From Laetmonice hystrix (taxonomy: Eukaryota): DNA of 64,000 nucleotides. The translations under genes were made by a program, and so were the position numbers. Of the stretch, positions 1-9,558 are shown one piece after another. The DNA is taken from NCBI GenBank assembly GCA_965235115.1, contig OZ249440.1, positions 16,926,001 through 16,990,000 on the forward strand, written 5' to 3'. Each line of letters opens with the position of its first letter. Position 1 is the first letter of the stretch. The notes under the pieces are model-generated. The model had not been told where the DNA came from. It saw only the letters and a list, made by a program, of their open reading frames with translations, and did not search any database.

Positions 1-270
1 CCTAGCAAAGATGATGAGTGGTCATCAGAATTCAGACAGAAACCGAAAAAGGCGTGATTGAGAGGGAAAGAATTATCAGGATTGGTGCACGAGAAAAAAA
101 GATGGATTTCATACTGTAAAGGCCATCGGCGACAGCCCATTCTGGCCTGAAAAATAACTTCTCATAAATGGTCATTTTTATCGCTCATTATCATGAGCCT
201 TGTTTTCTTTTTGAACTGATTCAACTTTCCAATTGGACTAAAGAAGTTCGGAAGACTTTTTCTCTCCACC

Positions 271-300
271 CATGCCACTGTGTCATGCATACTACATGCA
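271..300 (-). promoter_or_regulatory. Cluster of three GCAUG (two UGCAUG) Rbfox-type motifs on the CPEB sense strand
   Basis: Plus strand has catgcc (271-276), catgca (284-289) and catgca (295-300), which read GGCATG, TGCATG, TGCATG on the minus strand within 30 nt. Confidence 0.5.
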
Positions 301-837
301 TCCTATTTATCACATGTGACAGGTGAATTTCAAATGAACCTCACATTAAAACAGAAAATCACATTACAAAGAGCTTCGAAGTTATTTGCCTACCATTCTT
401 TTTCACTGCACGGACTTCACTTCTGATTAAGATAAGAGAGCCTGACTAATTTGAGTAACTCACAAAATCTTCCGTGAATTACAGACTTTGGCATTAATGT
501 TGTCTGCAACAGCGGAGGCCACTAACTGTGCATTCGTAGTAAACAGACACAACTCACTCTGGCTGCTGCGCCTACCCCCTCCCACCGTAAATACCCTCCT
601 ACACCGCCCCCTCACAACCAGCCTAAGCCAGCTTGGACAGCACCAAGTCTCGCAGAATCCCGCTTGTGACAAAACCCTTGCATCAGCTTACCAATGTCAC
701 CTATCCGTACTCATCAGTGGAAAGCTTCATTTCTTTCTCTTTTCTTTCCTTACTTTCATTCTCTTTTTTTTTTCTTTTTTTTTTTTTGCCAAGCATCCGA
801 TTTAGTTTGCCCTAAGCCAGACATTTATAACACCTAC

Positions 838-1017
838 CTTCATCTATATCAGGTGGTAAGCCTCCTACAAAGACCTTGCGTGAGTAGCGCTCGATTCGTT
901 CTATTCCTGACTGTGAGCTAGGCGACCCCCGCGATGGCGAGCTCATGTTGGGCACCGTCTGGTCGCAGCCCTCCTCCTGGTAGTGGCCGTCGTCTGCGTA
1001 CCCGAAAGGCGACTTCC
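838..1017 (-). CDS. CPEB2/3/4: CPEB2/3/4 (Orb2-type) coding exon: end of N-terminal region and start of RRM1 (180 nt, phase 1-1)
   Basis: Translates as (G)KSPFGYADDGHYQEEGCDQTVPNMSSPSRGSPSSQSGIERIERYSRKVFVGGLPPDIDE. ERYSRKVFVGGLPPDIDE is the invariant start of RRM1 in the CPEB2-4/Orb2 subfamily. Flanked by acceptor atgtgttttccag (AG at 1019-1018) and donor GAAG|gtaggt (GT at 837-836). Both boundaries match my recollection of the vertebrate CPEB4 exon GQSSLFPMEDG...DIDE. Confidence 0.97.
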
Positions 1018-3957
1018 CTGGAAAACACATAGGCATACCTGCTTCAATATAACATACACCTACCCCGCCACTCTCACAGGCCGGTGTCGCGTTCTCAAAT
1101 TTCCGAGTTCCGCGCATTGATTCGGCGCTTGCGCGAGAGGAATACATAATACTGCTGTCATGATCAAATAAATAAATTAACAAATTGATTGATCTCATGG
1201 GGAAAGTTTTTCTACAATGGTGGAACCCTCAGAATTATCACACTGGCCCGTTATACGAACGAACCACACAAGAAGTGGCAGTGGTGCCATAGTTACCGCA
1301 CCAACCTGGGCACAGAAACCGACCAGGTCCAAGCTTCATCTACAAAATCATTTCTTCACGGGCAATGTACAGCCTAGGCATAATAACTCAACTCTCCGCA
1401 TGTACTCCAAATTAAGCTGATTTATCGGCATCGCTTATTATTCTACTCAAGGCCTGATAAAAGACTAACACAGCCATCTTCTCCACTTAACAATGGTAAC
1501 GAACACAATCAAAACGACGATGTCACAATCACGGGAACGATATTTGATAAAAGAAACCAAACTAGCACTTAAGGACAACGTGAACTTTCAAATCATCAGT
1601 TTAAACCTAAATAAGTGCAAGCCAACGAGATAGTGTATTCACTAATACGCTGTTGCACCACATTTCTCAATTATGAAAACTGCTCAGTGCTTGAAACTCA
1701 ATTTGACACAAATCCTGAGGCCACCATTATAACGGTATAAATATCTTTCTTTTTTTTTTTGAAAACAGAGGTTGTTTCTGGTTCTAACATGAAACACCCA
1801 TAAAAAGTTCTTTCTGGAGTTGTTCGCCATCAGGCACGAGTCGGGCCTATTAACCCTATGCTTCATGCCTCATTTATCTCAGGAATAATCTGCTAGAAGC
1901 GCTATGCAATCAGGCCCTCTGACACGACACACATGGGACTACTTCTGACCAAAGAACCGTTTCCAACCCTCTCCCGGAGAGCTTTCCCACTCCCGTATGT
2001 CCCAATGCTTGTTTGTTCGGCCATACTTATCACTGTCCTTAAACAAACACGAGTTTTACTTTTTCCAAAAAGCTTGATTTCTTAACGGGCTCCCTGGGTT
2101 TGATCCCCCCCCCCCCCCTCCCCCGCGCCCAACCCCCGGCCCCAGTGACGGACCTGGGCTTGGAAGGTCATAGTGTCAGGGCAATCCCCTAGGGGTCAGC
2201 AGTGGTGCTGCGGTGTGATGACCGTGTGACATGGGGCGATGCCCACGTCCCCGTGACCACGTGAGAGACAGGCGGCCGTTCTGTTATTTTGACCGTGTAA
2301 TCCCCACGTGGCGGGGGGTGGTCGTGGGGGCGGGGTTGAACTGCCCCGCCAAGTCGGCCATCTATTCCATCAAGCTGAGTCAACAATGGCGACGTGACCC
2401 GCCCTGCTGGCGACGACTACCTGCGGCACAAAACGCCGTGTTTCTCCTCGGGCAGGACGTGCAGGCAGGGCTCTGTGAGTCGGGAGAAGCAGCCAGGCCG
2501 TCAGACTTCTACACCGGTGGATTTACGGGCCCCTGCCAGCCGACCGCCTCAAGGACATGTGCTCTCACGACCATTTCAACCGGCGGCAGCAGTGGCGATG
2601 ATCTGAGGCACCACCTATGGGAACCAGTGGGAACCACCTAAAGTGGCACCACCCCGTCTATTATTAGCTCTCATAATGATCGCAGACAGGGGCGGGGGTG
2701 AGAGAGCCGATCATGAGGTTAACCACACGTCCGTTCATGTGTTCTGCTGACCACCACAGTCCGCTGCCTCCATTGAAAGTCGGTCTTTCATGGCCAATTC
2801 CGATAATCCTCAGGTCAACCTATTAACGCGGCTACGCCTATAATCATTAGTTTTAGTAAATAAAAATCCTTCCCCCCAATTACTCCACCGACATATTCGG
2901 TTAATTATATTGGTTTCTGGTCATAGTGACAGAGTCAGACTGTCACGTTTGACGTCCCATCAAGTCGCCAACTTGTCCGCGAGGCGGCGCTGTGCTGCGT
3001 GACGACACCAGACCCCGCGGATCCACGCAGCCGATCTGTCGCTGACGGCCAACTCGTGGTTAACTCTTCAGTTTCATACTCCATTATTATTTCATTACCA
3101 CGTCATCAACGGAAAACACCACCTTCACATGATCATGACTGAGAGCCTATTATTTTCTACGCTCTAAAATTTCAACAACCCAAGTTCCCAACAAGTGAAG
3201 ATAGCCACAAAAAATATACCGGCGCTCTTTTAGTCGTTATAGTTACACATCATCATTAGCGCCAAAGGCCTTCTCCTCTACCCTGCCTCTGCCTCTCTAT
3301 CTTTCTTGGTAGTAGAACTATTCTTTATCTATTTCAGCCGTTTACATATGTCTTCTGGTAACATAAAATACCACGCTATTATACCTCCTCTTTGAGAATG
3401 TCACGACGTTGCAGTATTTGTCCGTGCCTGGGTACAGTGAGCCATCAAAGCCTGGCATTGATTGGTTGTCGGTTTCGCTGCCCGCCCCCACCCCCACCCC
3501 AATTACCACTGCCTCCTGGGTCCGTCACTACAGAGGACAAACCTACATGTATACCAATGTTAACGTTCTGGGCTCTATCAATCAGAGAGTCATCGGATCA
3601 GTATACACATTCCCAGAATGTACTTAGTTCTAACGGTGATGTAGCACCGCAAACTATCAACAGCTGAGATCAAGCCTTTTGAGGCAAATTACCTGTAAGG
3701 TACCTTATGGCTCCCTTCTATTGGATAGACACACAGTGGCTAGATGACGGCGAAAATGTACAGAAGAAAAACGTACGCGTAGAAACTAAACATTGCGTTT
3801 GTGTATATTTACTTCCACCATTCCCTCTATGCTTTGTTCATCTTTTCACTGAATGACGAGCATTCTTAAATAATAGAGAAAGCTTGAGGGCCCAGCAAGG
3901 AGTGGTTGTATTTTTGGGTGAGCCTGGGTCCCGGCGGAGGCCGCCGTTGACGGGTGT

Positions 3958-3987
3958 GCCGGTTGTCATGACGCCGGTTGTCATGAC
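3958..3987. repeat. Perfect 15-bp tandem duplication (gccggttgtcatgac)x2
   Basis: Directly visible; each unit contains the palindrome gtcatgac. Confidence 0.9.
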
Positions 3988-4131
3988 GTATGGGCCAACG
4001 TCAAGGTCCAATGCCATTATGGGTTGCGACCGTCGGAATGACTGCAAACATCACTGGTTGTTCTGGGAACGCCAATGGACCACATGACAGACCATGTCAG
4101 ACAACTGAGGTGAGGGATACATGAGGTCCGT

Positions 4132-4191
4132 GGCATACGTCATGGATGGACGGCATATACGTCATGGATAGACGAGATATACGTCAGGGTC
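4132..4191. repeat. Degenerate about 21-bp tandem repeat, 3 units, core atacgtca
   Basis: ggcatacgtcatggatggac / ggcatatacgtcatggatagac / gagatatacgtcagggtc. Confidence 0.75.
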
Positions 4192-7100
4192 GGCAATAAA
4201 GTTCGGCAACCACCACCTTTATAAATCGGTTGATATGTGCCGTGCCGTAATTCTATGGCCTGTGGAGGGTTGTGCAGTGCTGTGATTTTGTGGAGTGCTG
4301 TTGTTCAAGAGGACTGCTGTGATTTACTGGACTGAGCATTGTGGTCCAATGGGCTGTCGTCGTGCTGTCCCCAAGGCCGACTTCAGGCAACTTGGTCCCC
4401 ACCATCTTACTTACACCCTCCGTGTAACTGCTTGGAGGGAGGGAGGGGAGGGAGGGAGGGCGGGAATTGAATAATTGAGGAAGACTGGAGGCTGTTTGGT
4501 GGGTGCACACCGTCTGGGGCCTCCCGCTTTCACTGCACGGCTTGCCGTCAGACACGAGTCGACAGCCGGCGAGCTCTCACCTCTACCAAAGTGGCCCTAT
4601 TAGACACAACATGCTGACGCGCTATCAGTCAAGGTTTTAATCGGAACAAAAATTCTGCTCCAACTAACTGAGCTTCTGTCAAGTCAAGTTTGCATGCTTA
4701 CGTCATACTGATATTGAACGACAGACAGTGGCATGTGTATTTTACTCCCCCCCCCCCCCATGTGTCACTTTATTTCGAGATTATCATTTATCAACAGAAA
4801 TGGAAAAATGACGGATTAATGAGGTGTCTTCAGAATATCTAAACTCGATACATAATAAATAACTCCTTTAGGATATTTTCTATCAGTGAAGATTATGCAT
4901 TTCTAGTCAGCTACTAAAATGAGAACTCGTATCGAAACTTTCATTATTGTTCTCATAGCTAAACTTTATATTTTTAGAGGGGCCAACACTGATACATGGA
5001 CAGAATGTGAAAATGTCCAAAGAATATCGATTTCGGAAAGACTAACGTGGTGAAATTGAAATCAGACACAATACGTCTAAGGTCACCCTTCTCAGCATGT
5101 CATAATCTGACCGAATATAATCTCCCTTTTTTAGAACTGTGTATCGGCTTTGAAGGAAACAACGAAAATTTGGTAAAGATCCCTGTTGTCAAGGTTATTG
5201 TGAAGCCGAGTTTCTTCGCCAAAAATTAAACGGCGGTTAATTGGTGCAGTACAAATGTAGTCAGTTTGCCGCCCCGAGATTATCCCTTTTTTTGCCGATA
5301 ATCAGAAAGAATATTCTGTTAATCTATTTTTGAATTTAAAACACATCCCCTAGTGTCCTGACTATTGCTGCTTTTCCCTTTCGCGACCAAGGGATGTTGA
5401 AACTGCATAAAATAGTCCATTTATTTAAGGCTTCAGGTTTCTATGTTTTGTATTCATAGAAACACTCACACTGCCATATTTATCTACTCAAAAAAAACAG
5501 AGCTACAGCACAATACTTAATAATATTGTCTGGTATCAGTGTTATTAGACACCTCCAAATCAGTCTTAACGCAATCCAATTGCTCCAGGTTTTAGACGTG
5601 ATTGTTGACTATGTTGAACACCTACGTATACACCTAATGCTAATGACAATGACATTTCAGGACGCACACATACTGGTGCATGTAGAAGACAGCTTGATGA
5701 ATAGATCCCGACTCTACTAACACGAGTCAGCTTTTCACTGATTTTATCATAAACATATCAATCTCTATCCATATTATCATGACCGACATTGAAATCATGA
5801 CGCTGCTCTCCTTGCTCGTTCTCCATCTGGCCGTCTCTCAGTAGGTAAAACTCGGGATTACCAAATGGACTTGCGTGGCCATTTTGTCTATTAGCTTTGC
5901 CATGGCTGCTCAGCCAATTACCCAAGTGGAACTCTGTTCTACTTTTCTATCCAAGTTCCCTTTCAATACCTACCGTTTCACATCACATGAATGGCCAATT
6001 TATGATGGAATAACAAAAAAGGTAGAAACTGTAAATGCAGATAGAGCGTGAATGCCGAGTCGGGAAGGGAGTGCACTACAACGGTACGCCAGACGTAGAA
6101 TTCACCATCAAGGCAGCCCCCTCCCTTTTTATACTCTCCAGCAAAGCTCCCTTGATTATCTGCAATTCAAAGTCAATTTGGAAAGCGAAGTACACTAATT
6201 TTGATTGCTTGGGACATGGAAAACAGGCGAAATGCACGGGGAATATTGTACCACGAGCTATATACACAGCACCCTATCCACTTTCTTTCTGTCCGTCTCT
6301 GGCATACTTTGTCTCATTTAGTTTCTCCGTGTGTGGGTGTCGATGTGATTATGTGTGTTTCGCTCCATCCGGCAGACGTAAAATGCTGATGGCACAACTC
6401 AGGAATTCAAAAGAGTGAAATTTTCTTTATTGAAATAAACCAAATGACTTTGGTAGACCCTTGCCATCCAATCAGTCTAACAGTCCTTCCTGCAACCTCT
6501 AATTGGGAATTCTTGATTCTCTGGCATATTCTAAAAACACCCTCAGTCTCTCTGTCTTTTAGTTTCTCCACTAGGACCGTTTGTAAGCTAACACTCAACG
6601 AAGACCCAGGGCTGTCTGACAATTTCATGAATTGCATAAGACGAATGTAATTGTTAAAATTATTGACTCCGTTCAACTGGCACTTAACATGTATTGCTTC
6701 AGCCATAAAATATCTCTATCATTAATGTACAACAAGAGTTCTAACAACCCAACGTGCCGACATTATAGTGACCGTGTTACTGATGGGTGGACTATGCCCA
6801 AACTGTGACCCACGGCCATAGCACTCGCCCTGAGCGCCAATAACAAAACTTAAATCTTGTGGAAAACAACAGTTCATGATTTTCAACCAATTAAGGTATT
6901 TCTTCAATGTGCAACATTTTGCTGACTGGAAACGTCCTGTTTAGCGCCTTGATTTGTCAAAGGTTACACGGGCAATCCAATTAGTAATTTTCATGCCCTT
7001 GCTCTTTGATTCCAGCCCATGGGGTCCAATCCCCGACGAAAAATCAATCGTGATATTTTGAGGCCAAATGCAGGAAACAATGGCCTCGTGTCAAAAGCTA

Positions 7101-9183
7101 CTCCTCGATCAATATTTTCTTAACCAAGCACGCAAACTTACAAAATCTCGGTCGATGAAAACTAAGGATAAAAAGGATCAAACTGGAAGTATTTTAAAAT
7201 GATGGCAGGTGTCTTTTGGGCAGAACAAGAGTAATGTCTAATTAATCAAGTGTTACAACATGAATATACAAAAACACAAAACTAAAAATGTAGCTCTATA
7301 CTTTTTACCGGAGGTTAAAATAAAAACAAGTCAGAGACACACAAGCACCCATCCTTTGTTTACAATGCCTACGGGTGAGTAAACCCAACCCTAGAATATT
7401 GAAGATCACTGGCAGTGAAAAGTGCCTAGTATTTCCAAAATTACTGAACCTTAAAATAATCACACTCAACATTCAGAAGGACTTTTTGCCATGAATCCAC
7501 CAGACTCTATCAACCGTGAGACTCCCTTCTAACCGACTTCAAACCCCCCTTTTTAAAGATGTGACAAATTTAACGAGCGCTCTTTTACTCTTGTATTGAG
7601 AATAAATGGGTCCTTTAAAAAAAAAAAAAGTTTATGCGATTGTCATCGCAGCGGCAACCACTCCGAACACGACTGAAATGCGTTTCAAAGTAATGCCACA
7701 TGATTTAGCCATTGTGTGAGGCTCTCGATTCGCCCTGCTGGTAGTGATGCCCAGACAGTGCCCCCCCCCCCCCCCCCCCCCCAGTTTGGCCGCGGAGTCC
7801 ATATATTACACGGAGCTCTACGCATGGTTGATATTTAAAATGTCTCAGCCGTACACCAAACCTCTCGAGCTACCTTGGAACCGTCCCTGATTACTTCTAC
7901 AGTCCGCCACATGCCAACACAATCCACCATCCAATTCACACCTAGATACCAACTTATCGACTGCGACTTTTTTTTCTATCTCGCTCCCTCTCTCTCTCAG
8001 TCAGTTTCCGATGTCGGTTGAGAAATTGCATTGGGGCTGAGATTCAGCAGTGTTGACTAATTGCTGAGGAGATTTTGCTAGCTAGGCCGGCCATGTCTAG
8101 GTTGCTCCGGCATGGTTTCCTTCCTCTCGGCCTTAAGGTAATTGGCTGAATTTAGTGCACAAAAATGGATGGCAAGTGCTGCCTAACAAGCAGTCATCGG
8201 CTGTGTGCTTAGCTGGCCCGTCACGTGACGGATTTGACCTTTTTGCCTTCTGGGGACATGGGTGGTCGGGCCACCGGTATAAGTTAGCTTGGTGAAGGGC
8301 AAGGGTGAATAGAGCCAGGGTAGGAGCAGGCGAAGGGGGAACTAGCCAAGTCCGGGTACCAGTAGTAACAATACGCAAGGGTTAACGACTGTAGACGGTG
8401 TAGTAGGAATCGTTTGAGTCAAGATTCCTTCAGCCTCCAGACTCGGAGCCATCTGCTGGCATTACTGGACACTACGCTACCTCCCACGTCTTGATGTATA
8501 CGAAACATATTGCAAATATTAGCGCCCCCCCCCCCCGCTTTCTTTCTCTTTACTTTTGTTGGTATTAACTGGCATAAGGCTGGTATATATGTATAAAGCC
8601 AGTCTTCTCGATCTTGACTTCCTAACATATAGGGTTTCGGTGCAAATACTGTGCCTCTCATGGAATTCAAATACTACACGACAATACAGCAGGCCAAATA
8701 ATCAAGAAATAAAAACCTATTCTGCTTAAAGGTTACAAAAGTAGGAGAAAAGCATAAAACGGATTCACTGTCTCAGCGAGACTCGTTTCACAAAGACTGA
8801 TTAACAATAGCCGAGTATTTACACAAAGATTTCCTGTCCCAAGCCCACGCTGAGGAAATATGAGGAGTAAGAAATTACAAGTGAAATTCTAGCGGACGAC
8901 CACAATGTGACGGCTTCAAGTGAAGTACACATGGAACAAAAACCAAGCTACCACCAAGAAAACAACGCCACACTTAGGTAGGTAGGTAGTGAGGTAGCTA
9001 GGTATGTAGGTTGAATGTTAGTGTTAGCAAAGGATCAAATATCACGGAAAAATAGTAATCAACCATCACGAAAGCAGCAGCAACAAGGTTTAAGGCTAAA
9101 AACTGGTGCATCACCGATATAGATAACAAAAGACAAAAAGTGACAAAATGTGAATAGATGCTGCATATAACAGTCATAAATAC

Positions 9184-9207
9184 CTCTACGTCTTCCATAC
9201 GTCCGGG
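9184..9207 (-). CDS. CPEB2/3/4: 24-nt CPEB microexon encoding (A)RTYGRRR(G)
   Basis: Minus strand reads gactaatacctctttcttctttaactcacgcag|CCCGGACGTATGGAAGACGTAGAG|gtattt. Branch-point-like CTAAT (A at -28), pyrimidine tract, CAG, 24 nt and GT donor. In phase 1 it reads xCC CGG ACG TAT GGA AGA CGT AGA G = ARTYGRRR-G, identical to the vertebrate CPEB4 microexon peptide, and splices in frame to the 1017-838 exon. Confidence 0.93.
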
Positions 9208-9509
9208 CTGCGTGAGTTAAAGAAGAAAGAGGTATTAGTCAAAGGGTCTGTCGCAGTGTAAAGGGAACAAAAGTCGGGGTTATTATTATCATTATCAAAG
9301 CCCAAAAATCAAGTTTGGTTATTATGAATGATTGTGTATATTATTTGTTTCCTAATGGAGGAGTTCTTCTCTCGGCTGAAAAGAGAAATGGAGAAAGAGG
9401 CTCATCTTTATATAGTGAGCTGAAGAAATTGCGTGTTTGGAATTAGCAGTGGACCGGGGCAGGGTAGGGTTGGCAGATCGAACTGGGTGACCGACCCGCC
9501 GGCTCCCTG

Positions 9510-9558
9510 TGACTCAGCCCCGTGATTAGATCAAAAAGTGGCCAGATCAAAGATCAAA
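9510..9558 (+). promoter_or_regulatory. AP-1 site plus three AGATCAAA(G) TCF/LEF-like motifs
   Basis: TGACTCA at 9510-9516; AGATCAAA at 9528-9535, 9544-9552 (AGATCAAAG) and 9551-9558. Motif match only. Confidence 0.35.

Noticed and set aside
3689-3720. CAG|GTAATT recursive-like site on the minus strand
   Set aside because: The upstream sequence is purine-rich; there is no pyrimidine tract.
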